From Octopus sinensis (lineage: Eukaryota), in NCBI RefSeq assembly GCF_006345805.1, contig NC_043022.1, positions 558,001 to 622,000 on the forward strand: a DNA stretch of 64,000 bases, given 5' to 3'. The notes beneath the pieces were generated by a model. The model made no database searches. It had not been told where the DNA came from and was given only the letters and a program-made list of their open reading frames with translations. The stretch's first letter is position 1. Every line of letters starts with the position of its first letter. Positions 23,471 to 35,949 of this stretch are shown here, piece after piece. A program made the position numbers and the translations under genes.

Positions 23471-24234
23471 ATATATGTTCTTTTATTCTTTTACTTGTTT
23501 CAGTCATTTTACTGCGGCCATGCTAGAACACCGCCTTTAGCGAACAAATCGACTCCCAGGACTTATTCTTTGTAAGCCTAGTTACGGGGACGTAAACACA
23601 CCAGCACCGGTTGCCAAGCGTTGTTGGGGGGGGGGAACAAACAGAGACACACACACACAAGGGTAAAAATTATTGAAATAATAATTTATACCAGTGGTTA
23701 GCATGCGTAATAAAAGTCAGAAGATGTAAATATTTTTATAATATAAGAGTGTAAAAGAATTTATACACTGAAAGAAGACCACGATGTGGACTTCTTATAT
23801 GCTAAAAAGGATAGTCAAATCCCAAACCACGAAAAAGCATTCTTATTAATGGCACATTGCTTGTAGGCGAGCTGGACACTTGAATGAATAAAAATCTCAG
23901 TAAACCCATGAGCTTCACCATTAATGATCAAATAGATCAATTAATTGATCTATTCATTTTTGGATCTCTCTGAAAGATGTGCAATTACCTCCCCTGTCCC
24001 CAACAATAACGATCACCAATTACTTCCTCTTAGATTTTTCTACTTGTTGAATCATTTTTTCACAAACTTCTCCACGCACAACATAGACTAAAATCTTCTT
24101 AAGAAAATACGAAATTACAATCATTTAAATATCATGATTAGCGAAAGCGAAACCGGTCGACAAACGCAATAGAAAATATATTTTAAAAATATATTAAAAC
24201 TATGTAGAGTGTGTTCAAATTTACAGAAAAATAT

Positions 24235-24400
24235 AAACGTAGAAAGCTGGTGTTTTAATTTGATGCTCGGGAAAAATGGGAAAGACTTTTACGTTTCGAG
24301 CCAACGCTCTTCGACAGAAAGGAATAAAGGGGAGGGAATGGAGGGAGAGTAAAAAAACCGAGAGAGAGAAAAACAGTGTAGAGTTCAGCGGTCGATATAT
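24235..24400 (-). mobile_element. PLE terminal-repeat-like element with variant HHR core
   Basis: Minus strand CTTT-CTGTCGA-A-GAGC GTTG GCTC-GAAA-CG-TA-AAAG at 24286-24321. Confidence 0.6.
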
Positions 24401-24851
24401 ATGTATGTATGTATTATGTGTGTGTGTATGCGTGTGTGTGTGTGTGTGTGTGTGTATACTTATCTGCCAACCCATCACTTTTAATCGATTCATTTCTTCC
24501 ACAAACACAGGGCCGCAGACTTTTGCTGTGAGGTCAATATGGTCGATTCTATCGACCTTCTCCTTCGATATTTAAACTGGAACTATATTTTGTCGACCTC
24601 AAGGGAATGAAAAGAACGAAGATGGACCCCAACGATATTTGAACTCGAAACGTAAAAAGCCGTTCTTATATCTCGTAAGCCATTTTATCAAACGCTGCAC
24701 CGATTCTACCAATCATCGACTTCCGATACATTCAGGTCAGTTCAATCGATTATTCAATTCTTGTCCTCGAAACTTAGATTTGTGTCTGTGTCCCACTACA
24801 GGCCTATCTCTTCTCCCCACTTACTCTGTCTCTCTCCTGCTTTTCTCTTTC

Positions 24852-24888
<37 letters not shown>

Positions 24889-25687
24889 ATCCCTTCCCAC
24901 TCTCTCTTTCTCTCGCTTTATTTCTCTTTCTTTTCTTACCCTCTCCCTTTATCTATTTCTCACTATGTACTCTTTCTATCTATCTATCTATCATTCTTTC
25001 TCCACCTGTCTCTTTATCATTCTATCTCTCACTATGTACTCTCTCTCTCTCTCTCTGGACACTTTCCGATTTATGCAAAGAGGTTCTACTGTGTCCTATT
25101 CCCAAGAGCAACTCCCTCCTCTGCATTGTCGTCAGCTTGTGGTAGTGGCGGTGGCGGTGATGGTGGTGGTAGTGGTGGTGTTGTTGTTGGTGGTGGTGGT
25201 TGTTGGATGGGGGTGATGATAACGATGATGGTGGTGGTAATGTTAGTGGTGACGGCACCGGTAGCGGCAGCGGGGGTGGAAACGGCGGCATCGGCGGCGA
25301 GAGCAAAGGCGGAAGCGGCGGCGGAGCTGGTGGCGGTGGTGTGCATTATAAATTGCACCGTAATCGCTCTGATACAGAAGAGCACCGAAAGAACGTGCAA
25401 CAAGCGGCAACGTCGTCCGTCCAGCGTCAGAACAAGAAGAAGAAGAAGAAGACAGCAACAGCAACGTCAAGCTCAAAATGGAAATACGTCCGGCAGCAGT
25501 CGGTGATTGATGAGCTGAAGACGTTTCCCTGGGAATAATAATAACAATAATAATAATAATAATAATAATAATGGTGATGATGATGATGATGATGATGGGG
25601 ATGATAATATAGCAACTGCAGATGAATGAGTCAAGTGAGGGTCCCAATTGTAAGTCAACTGATTATTCGTGTCTGATTATATCAAAG

Positions 25688-25722
<35 letters not shown>

Positions 25723-25907
25723 TAGATAGATAGAACACAAGAACGCAAGAACGTAATCTAATTGGTGAAGCAATGGAAACGGCGATCAAAGGCGATGGAT
25801 TTATTCAATCTGGTGGAAGATTGTATTGGATAAATACAGCGTTGGCACCGGAATGTATTGACGGTGAGCCGTCTACTGTATTGGGGAATCGATCTGGATT
25901 CGGTGTG

Positions 25908-25951
<44 letters not shown>

Positions 25952-26164
25952 TATGTGCTTTTTGTGGGGGCGGGTGTTAATGTGAATGTGTATGTGCATA
26001 CATATATACGTGTGTATATACATATACATAGGTGTGTATGTACGCATGCATCAATGTATGTATATATGCATGTATGTATGTATGTATGTATGTATGTATG
26101 TACGTACCACTGACTACTTAAGTACTGGTGGTGCACCGGCTATTTTGGAAAATCGTTCTGAACG

Positions 26165-26195
<31 letters not shown>

Positions 26196-26348
26196 ATCCA
26201 AATAAGAAGAAATAGAAAGAGTTTCGCTCATCTTTAATGGCCAATTACAATTGTTTCAGTACCAATTCTGTTTTTAGCGCCAATTCATGCAAAAGCTCCA
26301 CGTGAGAAGTTATGCTACCCTTCCAAGGCCTTGATATATATATATATA

Positions 26349-26469
26349 AAGTGATAGTTTGTTGCGAACTTAAATGCGGCGATCCAAGGAAAGGGAAGAA
26401 TGCTATTGCTATTTAGCATTCTTCCCTTTCCTGGGACTGCCACATTAAGTTGGCAACCAACAATCACTT
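26349..26469. repeat. Fold-back palindromic element
   Basis: Perfect 19-bp stem 26387-26405/26414-26432, imperfectly extended to ~55 bp per arm. Confidence 0.85.
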
Positions 26470-26525
26470 GATCGTGCTACTACTGTATAAGTCTCTCTGA
26501 GAGATTTAGAAATGCAATATTTCTA

Positions 26526-26566
<41 letters not shown>

Positions 26567-27099
26567 CATTGGTTCCATATGTATGATGATGTTGCACCGA
26601 CTGTCTGGGGAAATTGATTAACATTGGATTGCATATACATCTAGACACCCACGCATATATATATACGCACACACCCCACACGCATGCTTGTATGTATGTA
26701 TGTATGCATGTATGTATTATGTATGTACGTATAGAATTCTCGTCAGGATGACTCAAACTAAAAGGTATGCGTTCTGAGTCCTCAAATAGGTGTGCCACCA
26801 AAATTCCAGTTTGAACAACAGTTGACATTGTGGTTGTGTGATTATCCTGTCCAAAAACAGCTATAGGTGGCATCCCTTTGAGTCAGAAGGTGTAGGTTAA
26901 AGTAGTGAGGGAAGGCAAACAATTAGGCAAAGCAGGACAAGGACATTTAATTTCATTCAATTCAATCTAAAATTTAGCTACATAATGAATGGTAAAAAGT
27001 GTACAAAATAATAAAGATAGTCTCTGACAGCTGTTTCTGTATGTATGCATAGATGTATGTATGTACGTACGTATGTATGTATGTATGTATGTATGTTTA

Positions 27100-27400
27100 T
27101 CACTGGCTCTGTATTCATCGATGATGCACTGGGTTTATTTTTGCGGGGGATGGAAACACATTTGGATTCCATAGACAATTCCTTATCTCCGATTCTATTG
27201 ATAATAATGCGCCAGTTATATTCGGATATTGATATGGATTCGCTGTACTCTTGAAAAGGAAGAGGATTCCTGCTTTGCGTATCACACAAACTATTTCTCC
27301 ACAGACATTGAATTAGACGCCATAACTTTGCCTCAGAAATATGACAGGAGTCCTTGCAACAAATACAATAAGGAAACTCTCTTGGCACCATCGTTTATTT
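27100..27400 (+). mobile_element. Possible Penelope RT remnant
   Basis: FIDD motif followed in another frame by IRCTLEKEEDSC, resembling PLE IKFTxEKExxxxLPFLD. Heavily degenerate. Confidence 0.3.
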
Positions 27401-27524
27401 CAGATATTTTCCAAGTCATTGGTTGACAATACATGTTTCTGGCTTGCTAAACAAAGGGGATCGTGAATGAGGAGATAGGGATCTTTTTGGAAGAACAAAG
27501 ATTTTTATCTATTTCTTCGTTCAG

Positions 27525-28385
27525 TTTTAAAATTTTGGTACAAGGCATCAATTTCTAGAGAAGGGAGTAAATCGATTACATCAACCCCAGGACTCAACTG
27601 GTACTTACTCCAAAAGGATAAAGGGCAGAGTTGACCCCGGTGGAATTTGAACCCAGAACGTAAAGACGGGCGAAATGCTGCTAAGCATTTCATCCCGCAT
27701 GCTAACGTTTCTGCTATCACGCCGTCTTAATGAACAAGAATTATTGGCTTCGAAGGCTGGCAACTTCAGCATAGGAGATAAGGCGATTATATCGTCTCCA
27801 ATATTCAACTGGTACTTATTTTTAATTAACCCCAAAAGGATGAAAGGAAAAGTCGAACTCTGCGGAATTTGAACTCAGAACGTAACGGCAGACGAAACAC
27901 TTCTAAGCATTTCTCCCGACGTGAAAACCATTCTGTCAACTCGCCGCCTTTACAATAATAATAATAATAATAATAATAATAGTGTTTTACTGGTACTTAA
28001 TTTATCAACCCCGAAAGGATGAAAGGGAAAGTCGACCTCGGCGGAATTTGAACTCGGAACGTAGCGACGGGCGAAATACCGCAAAGTGTTTCGTCCGCTG
28101 TGCTAATGATTCGGCCAGCTCGCTGCAAGAAGAAGAAGGAAGAGGAGAAGGAGAAGGAGAAGAAGAAGAAGAAGAATCCTTTCCACTATATGCACGAGGC
28201 CTGAAATTTAGTAGGAGGGGGCTAGTCGATTATATCGACCCCAGTGTTCAACTGGTACTTATATTATCGACCCCGAAAGGAAGAAAAGCAAAGTCAACCT
28301 CGACGGAATTTGAACTCGGAACGTAGCGACGGGCGAAATACCGCCAAGCATTTTGCTCGGCATGCTAACGATTTTTGCCAGTAAT
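27525..28385 (-). mobile_element. Four tandem-oriented SINE family A copies
   Basis: Repeated GGAATTTGAACTC and core motifs, separated by (AAT)n and (GAA)n. Confidence 0.85.
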
Positions 28386-29129
28386 AAGACGGCCTTGAAG
28401 CAGTTCTTCGGTTTGAGAGTGAATATCTCTGCGAATTAAGGCTTTTCTTCCTGCTTCATATCAAGAGAGAATTTAAGACCCAAATGGCCACTCGACACGA
28501 CATCCGGATCGCTTACAGCATCAAAATGTCATACATCTCAGAATGAATAACTATCAACAACCGCAGCAGTAGCCTCAGCAGCAGCAACAACCTGCCCATT
28601 AACTGGTTTTTATTAGTTACATCTTGAAACTACCGCCCCCCCCCCCTTTTCTTTTTTTTATTATTTTAACTTCTGTCAAAAATTGATCGTTTAACTGTTG
28701 ACACTTTTTAATATTAAACTATCAAGTTTGACATTTTGAATTTTGATTTAAGATTGAGGACTGCGATTCTCGAAAGCATATTGACCCTTGCTGGCATAGA
28801 GACAACTCATCGTCAGCCAGGTTAGATTGCGGAGGTGGGTTAGTTATGCGATACAGGCTTCTGGGCCCTTATACCCGAGGTATCGTGCTTAATCTGAATT
28901 ATCAAATGAGCCCCTTTGACTCCCGTAAGCTGGTGAGTCGAGTGGAAGGAACATGCGAAATGAAATGTACTGTCCAGGAAAACAGAAAACGGAATGCCTG
29001 CAGCGGGGTTCGAACCCATCTGTCTAAAGTTACTAACTCAATCCTATGTTCGTCTGTTATTTTACTTCTTTACACAACAATACACACAAACGTATACATG
29101 CACACACACACACACACACACACAAACAC

Positions 29130-29500
29130 ATTACTGCATTAAGATCTGAAATGTATGATCTTGTCTACCCTGATGACGGAGGTTCGCCTTATCCAACGCT
29201 AATTGCATCCACACGGCCACATATTGAGATGAACCACATCTACCAACATTATTATGGTTCCCCGAGCCCCTCCCCCAGAAACAGCTGCTAGACTCATAGC
29301 ACCTTTCTTCCACCCCTTTAATTTCCCCTGTCCTTTGTACTCTGTAAGTCGGATCTATTAATATAAATATTTATAGATTTATACTTAAAAATTCCTCATC
29401 TGAAAGACTCCACCCTTTGCTTTCTCTCTTTCTGCATCTCTACACAAACTATTATATATTTAATATATTTAATGTATCTAATTTGTTTATCCGCATAATT
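29130..29500 (+). mobile_element. PLE terminal-repeat-like element with decayed long HHR
   Basis: GTCTA..CTGATGA (29170-76), stem II GGAGG/CCTCC, GAAAA-CAGCTG-c-TAGAC (29277-93). Confidence 0.4.
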
Positions 29501-29531
29501 ACCTATATGTGTGTGTGTGTGTATATATATA

Positions 29532-29692
29532 GGGGGAGAATTGACAAAAAATCAAAAGACAACGACGGGTGGTGAAGGCAATAAACAGATGTATTAGTGA
29601 AAAAGTCTTTAACGTTTCGAGCCTACGCTCTTCCACAGAAAGGAACAAGGAGAGAAAATAAAGAATGTGTAGTGGCTAGCGGTCTGTGTGCG
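29532..29692 (-). mobile_element. PLE terminal-repeat-like element with variant HHR core (same family as 30807-31035)
   Basis: Minus strand CTTT-CTGTGGA-A-GAGC GTAG GCTC-GAAA-CG-TT-AAAG at 29607-29642. Reverse-complement homology to the 30.8-kb copy. Confidence 0.65.
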
Positions 29693-29699
29693 CGTGTGA

Positions 29700-29730
<31 letters not shown>

Positions 29731-30352
29731 TGTATGTATGTATGTATGTACGTATATGTACATATATATATATATATGAATATATATATATATACATGCT
29801 ATATATATATGGTGGGTATGAATATATACATATATGTATATATATGAATATCTCGCGTAGAGAGATTTTAGAACTAATATATATATATATATGTATGTAT
29901 GTATGCATGTGTTTGTGTGTGTGTGTGTGTGTGTATACTTTTTATGATCTTTAACTGGTTTCAGCCAGGGGATATAGTCATATATCTGTGTGTGTCTTAT
30001 GCTGAGTCAATACTTTCCGTTGAAAATTATTGTTTTTTTTCTATTTATTGTTATTTTTCTCTTCTTGCATTTAACGTAAGATCCACATCGAAGCGAAACG
30101 AATCAGAGAATCAGATAATACACACAATACACTGGGAGTGAATCTGAGATAATCTCATTTAATATAACACTAATCTATTGATTTCTCAGTGATCTATATC
30201 CGCCCATGATTTATTTATCCACTCCGACATTTTACACAACAAAATGTTCGCCACCCTGTCCTAATTTCGAAATAATTCTCTCCATTCACCTCATTACAAC
30301 AAACCAGCAAACGAGAAGACTAGCAAATCATCATTATTGCAGCAGGGGGGGG

Positions 30353-30356
<4 letters not shown>

Positions 30357-30389
<33 letters not shown>

Positions 30390-30500
30390 AGAGAGAGAGA
30401 ATGAGAGAGAGAGAGAATGAGAGAGAGAGAGAATGAGAGAGAGAGAGAATGAGAGAGAGAGAGAATGAGAGAGAGAGAGAATGAGAGAGAGAGAGAGAGA
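30357..30500. repeat. (GA)nAT compound repeat, mostly 14-bp period
   Basis: GAGAGAGAGAGAAT units. Confidence 0.9.
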
Positions 30501-30806
30501 TTATTGAAGCCAGCTAGTTGGGTTTTTTTTTCCTTTTTAGCTGTTAGACAAACCAAGCCCCACCGTGTAATGAGACGGGAAATAGTTGATGATAATGATT
30601 GATGATGATGATGACGTCTTTAATTGACGTCTTTAATTGACACAAGGTCAACACAGATGGAAAGCCGTTCAAATGCACTGTTGAACAAGAAGAAAGTTAC
30701 ACATGCACACTATAGCTAATTACTACACATGCACATATATTTATAGACACACACATACAAACACACAAACACACAAACACACACTCACACAAACACATAT
30801 ACATAT

Positions 30807-31035
30807 CTAGCGATCTATCATTCGCCATGATAGATCGCTAGCCACTACACATTCTTTATTTTCTCTCCTTGTTTCTCTCCTTGTTCCTTTCTGTGGAAGA
30901 GCGTAGGCTCGAAACATTAAAGACTTTTTCACTTCCCGAGCGTTAAACTAATACATCTGTTTGTTGTCTACACCATTTGTCTTCGTCTTTTGTTTTTGTA
31001 TTTTTGTTGTTGTGTTTTCTGAATTCTACCCCTAC
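30807..31035 (+). mobile_element. PLE terminal-repeat-like element with variant HHR core and 5' fold-back
   Basis: CTTT-CTGTGGA-A-GAGCGTAGGCTC-GAAACATT-AAAG at 30887-30922. 15-bp perfect inverted repeat at the 5' boundary. Confidence 0.65.
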
Positions 31036-31050
31036 ATATACTTATACATA

Positions 31051-31263
31051 TATGAGGGGGTGCTGAAAACTTCCTGGCTTCGAGTAAAAGAAAAATAAAG
31101 GAGACTCAATTATGATTTTATTCAACAAATTTCCCTCTCAGGTTCACACACTTATAGCAGTGGTCCTTCAATTTTTAAATAGCCCTTTAGAAGAACTCGG
31201 AAGATTAGACCTCCAGCCAGGCCTTTTGCGAAACCCTTAAAACCAGGAACATATCAGCCCCTC
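31051..31263. mobile_element. Mariner-derived MITE
   Basis: Left TATGAGGGGGTGCTGAAAACTTCCTGG; right CCAGGAACATATCAGCCCCTC (imperfect TIR). Confidence 0.6.
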
Positions 31264-31409
31264 CCCACTCAGATACACATACATACATACATACATACAT
31301 ACACATATATAATAAGACAATAAAACAAATGGTTTATACCTGGTGGCTAACTGGTAAAGCACGGTTACTTTCACAGTGTTTGTTATGTATATTGTTAATG
31401 ATAGACGGA

Positions 31410-31600
31410 AAATGGAAGATACGAGAATTTTTGTTAATCACTACAATTGTTTCGACTCATCTAGCATCGATTCCTCACTGGTTCAGTAGCATGCGACGGT
31501 GCAGATTTTTTTTAGTTAAGAGAGTTCCCGATGTTTGCAAATATGTGGTTGAGTTAAGGGGCTGGTTTAACTGTCGATGCATGCACCCAGGTGAGTGCAT
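31410..31600 (-). mobile_element. Second, more decayed copy of the 45.1-kb HHR element family
   Basis: Shares ATGGAAGATA..TTAATCACTACAATTGTTTCGAC.CATCTAGCATCG with 45112-45180. The 5' core half is degenerate. Confidence 0.6.
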
Positions 31601-32244
31601 CTATTCATATAAAAATCTCACATGGAGAATTTTTGAAATGTCTTACAAATGTATGTATGTATGTATGTTCCGCCCTTTGATAGATCTTATTTTTCGTCCT
31701 GCAGGGTGCCCAGCAATAACCCTACTCTCCAAGCAAGCTTGATGGGGTTGCCAGTTTAGTCGCCGACGACCTGATCATGCAACAGGTTGTACTGGGTTAC
31801 ATGTTATCAGTAGCGCCCAAGAGCGACCTGACATAGCTTTAAATGGCTGAAGAGCTCATGAGCAGTCGACAGCCATCCAGCAATATGTGTACGTGTGCAC
31901 GTATGTATGGATTGGTGTCAGGCGCGCGGTTTGTCCATTGGGAGTGAGAGGCGCCTTTATTGTTGTCTTAGCATCGCTCTGGGAAAGGGAAACTCTGAGA
32001 GAAAACCTGCAACACTGACAATATTCGATGATGCAGATTAGTTTTTCTGATTGAGTTTATGTTGTTCCATGTTCAGAAAGTGGGATTGGATTTGTGCAAC
32101 ATCCGTTTCCCATGATAAAAGAAACCACCAAGCACAGACATCGCTTGGAAAAGGTAAGACCTGTCACAAAATGGCCGGTCGTAGCCTTCGCATCTGTCGG
32201 ACTTTCAAACAGGCAATGGTAATACTCGAACACGAGTTTGTAGC

Positions 32245-32490
32245 CATCATATCATCATCATCATCATCACTGTTGTCATCATTGTCATCATCGCCATCAA
32301 CGTCCTCCTCCTCCCCTCCGCCTCTTCGTCGTCGTTGTCGTCGTCATCATAACCACCACCACCGTCGTCATGGCCGTCATCATCATCGTCGTCGTCGACA
32401 TCTTCGCCTACGTCGTCATCAAATTCATCCCCCACTTCTCATCATCATAATGCTCCTCCTGTTCCGCCACCACCACTCATCATCATCATC
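32245..32490 (+). repeat. Cryptically simple dispersed repeat; unexpanded homolog of 37790-39315 (-)
   Basis: Unique-word matches such as GGTGGCGGAACAGGAGGAGCATTATGATGATGAGAAGTGGGG and GACGACGTAGGCGAAGATGTCGAC. Confidence 0.88.
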
Positions 32491-32899
32491 GTTGTAGTCG
32501 TCGTCATCATCATTGTGTGTATGTATGTATGTATATATGCCTGTATGTCACAGAAGAAGCCATGTCCAGAGAGTTGGCTTGGATCGCCCCATACGCAGCA
32601 GCATAACAGCGTGCCTTGAATGGGGCAGTGTTTGCTTATCGGCATGAAAGGGCATGATGACCAACAAGTGGTTCCTGATGTTCGTAGCAATCATGAACGT
32701 AACGTTTGTGTCGGCCTAAAAAGTCGTCCTCTTGCTCTCACGCATCAGACCTATTCTGAAATGCTTCAAGCGATGGCTATACTCGAGAACTGCAATCATT
32801 TCGACACCTGACGCGTGGTACACCGTGAACCTGTTCAGACAAAGTTCAATTTGATGGAGAGAGAGAGAGAGGGAGAGAGAGAGTGAGCTGATGTACGGC

Positions 32900-33070
32900 A
32901 TGAATATTTGATCATTATAAATAAATCATTTGTGCAGGTCTGTTGTGTCTGGGGAGAGTCATTTTCTTTTTGTGTCTTATAATGTAACACACTCACCAGT
33001 AAAATTTCCACTTATTTCATATTTTTTATTTTCCTAAAATTTTCGTTGCGTCTTGCAACCTTTTCAATAG
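32900..33070 (+). mobile_element. Probable PLE terminal-repeat fragment
   Basis: T-rich segment ending GCGTCTTGCAACCTTTTCAATAGTC, recognised from memory as an octopus PLE-associated repeat end. Confidence 0.3.
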
Positions 33071-33167
33071 TCAAGACGAACTCATATAAAGAATCTTGCA
33101 AACCAAATCCAAAACCGAAATTTGTGCAAGTCGTTCCGCTAAAACTGAACGCTCATACGTCGTCTTC

Positions 33168-33205
<38 letters not shown>

Positions 33206-33439
33206 TTTATACGTTTCAGCCCAAAGGCACCGTATGAAATTGAGAACCTACGAAAGCTAATGAGGGACAAGAGACACTCAATATGGAATTGACATAACCC
33301 TTACTTTAATCTTAACCTGAAGCCTAACGCTAACCCTAACCCTAACCAAAACTAGTGGGGGCAGAGATTCCTGGTCGTGAAAAATGTTTCTGTTGTGGCC
33401 GCTTTAAGAATTCCCTACAGCTGGTACTGTTTTTTTTTT

Positions 33440-33730
33440 TGTTCCTTCTCGAGCCACGTCTGGTTCATAAGGGCCGGTTTCCTTGGCGTATAGGTTCCCC
33501 ACCTGGACGGGACGCCGGTCCGTCGCAGGTGAGCTGCAAGATGCAGGAGGAAAGAGTGAGAGAAAGTTGTAGCGAAAGAGTCAGCAGAAGTTCGCCATTA
33601 CCTTCTGCCGGAGCCGCGTGAAGCTTAGGTGTTTCACTCATAAACACACACATTACCCGGTCTGAGATTCGAACCCGCGATACCTCGACCGTGAGTCCGC
33701 TGCTCTAACCACTAGGCCATGTGCCTGCAC
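33440..33730 (-). mobile_element. tRNA-derived SINE; related copies at 250-440 (+), 2680-2955 (+), 41630-41880 (+) and 28760-29030 (-)
   Basis: A/B-box heads (e.g. GGCCTAGTGGTTAGAGC...GGTTCGAATCTC) with SINE-like bodies. Confidence 0.7.
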
Positions 33731-34403
33731 AACAGCCGATCTTGGGTCCGCGTTGAGAAAGAAACAAGGTTGGCGTGCCAGGTTAACAACTCTGTCTAAC
33801 TCCTCCAAAGCCGATGAGGAGATGGCCTGTGCGTTGATGCATCTCCGACGGCGGAATCGGGCCGGGCCGGACCAGAACAGAAAGGATGCATGACTTTTAA
33901 CACAATCTTCAAGGCCAAGAGCACCACAAAGGTGACCATCTGCATCACCCGACGCCTCATGTGCCTCGGGAGGAGCTAAAAATAAAGGTTATCACTGGTT
34001 TAAAGCGTATAAATAAAAAGTAGAAGCTGTCTCAATAAAAAGAGCGGCGAAATAACAGAGAGGATAAGAAACATCAAGGACAAATGAACAACAGTACTAA
34101 GTAATCAGTAGTTAATTAACGCATACGCACTCTCACTCTCTCTCTCTCTCTCACACACATACACATAAATATGTGCACACAAAAATACACACACATACAC
34201 ACCTTGATATATACATATACCTACAAATGCATGTATACACACAAATACGCTTAGTCGAGCTCTCGTAAGAAGGAGGTGGAGAAATAACTGCAATATAGTT
34301 TATGCTTTGCCAACACCCAAGATTTATACACATAATCCGATATGGCCGAATGTGTGTGTTGTGTGTGTGTGTGTGTGTATGTATGTACGTCTGTCTGTAT
34401 GTA

Positions 34404-34467
<64 letters not shown>

Positions 34468-34809
34468 TATGCATATATATATTTATAGAAAGATATATGT
34501 GTGATGTGATACGATTTTTTTACTGTTATTAAAGACACGATTATCTGGCCGAACAACACCGATGAAGGTGCGGCCAGCGACTTAAACCAGTCGACAGGGC
34601 GACTAACGACCACCACCATCAACACTACAACGACAACAATCACGGCAGCAGCAATAGACAAGCCCACGACAACAACAACAACAAGAACAGAAATAGCAAC
34701 AACAACAGCAGCAGCAGCAATATGAAAAACACCAAAGAAGGTAGAATCAAAAAGAACCACGATTGGACAATTATGGCCACCGAAACGACAAAAGTAACAA
34801 CTAAGACAT

Positions 34810-34863
<54 letters not shown>

Positions 34864-35149
34864 TTGTCACAGCTGCTGTTACTGCTGCTACTGCTACTAC
34901 ACATTGGTAACTATAACAACGGCGACTACTCAGAGATGGACCCTTCAACAACACAAATCCCCAGAAAGAGAGACGAGGAGTTGATAGAGTTTGCTCGGAG
35001 ACGAAAACAAAATTTCGACAACGGGATGAAGGACTCGACGCCCCACCCGTAAGGGAGGCTCCTGGTTAGAGCACCGCCAGTGATAAATCGTTCCACGAGA
35101 AAGGGTTTTCCACATGAGGTGGGCCGTTTAAAAGAAAGTTACTGGATAA

Positions 35150-35480
35150 GTGATGGCTCAGTGGTTAGAGCGTCAGGTTCACAATCATGGGGTAGTGAGT
35201 TCGATTCCCGGACCGGGTTGTGTTCTTGAGCAAGATATTTATTTCACGTTGCCCCTGTTCACTCAGCTGTAGAAATGAGTTGTGGCATCACTGGTGCGAA
35301 GCTGTATCGGCCTTTCACTTTCCCTTGGATGACATCAGTGGCGTGGAGAGACAAGGCTGGTATGCATGGGTGACTGCTGGTCTTCCATAAACAACCTTGC
35401 CCGGACTTGTGCCTCGGAGGGTAACTTTCTAGGTGCAATTCCATGGTCATTCATGACCGAAAGGGGTTTTTTACCCTTCG
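35150..35480 (+). mobile_element. tRNA-derived SINE family C (V-domain-like)
   Basis: GGCTCAGTGGTTAGAGC A-box, GTTCGATTCC B-box, GTGTTCTTGAGCAAG domain. A homologous copy is at 49990-50335 (-). Confidence 0.85.
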
Positions 35481-35949
35481 CTGGATAAAAAGAAGTTGGA
35501 AATTACCTTCAAGAGTAATTCTGAGACAAATGGGTAATCCTAACGCGCGTTGACTGGGGCGAAAAGATATCGAACTAGGAGGACCAAGGTCACTATCTTT
35601 GGATGTGGTAGGCGTAGCTGTGTGGTTAAGAAGCTTGCTTCCCAATCATGCGGTCTTGGGTTCAGTCTCACTTCACAGCACCGTGGGTAAATGACTTGTA
35701 CTACAGCACCGGGCCGACCAATGTCTTATGAGTGAATTTGGTGGACGCAAGCAGAAAGAAACCTGTCGTATATAATCCATATATGGTAAACTGCCGGATA
35801 CATTTATTGTCTGAACAAAATATATTATGACACTGTTTGCTATTTGAAGCAGAATTAATGTTTTAACCATGAAAAGTTCTGAAAAGTATTGTTATAGCAC
35901 AATTATATATGCGTGTGTGTATATGTGTGCGCGCGCGTGTGTATGTTAG

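Noticed and set aside
21880-24100. Further LINE/PLE or transposase remnants (about 22000-22450, 23180-23340 and 23790-24000)
   Set aside because: Only isolated weak motif resemblances; cannot be assigned without a profile search.
31842-31880. ATGG-CTGAAGA-GCTC AT GAGC-AGTCGAC-AGCCAT hammerhead-like hairpin
   Set aside because: Lacks the GAAA core and the U of the cleavage triplet.
32560-32830. Tc1-like DDE remnant
   Set aside because: Similarity limited to a few residues across frames; not supportable.
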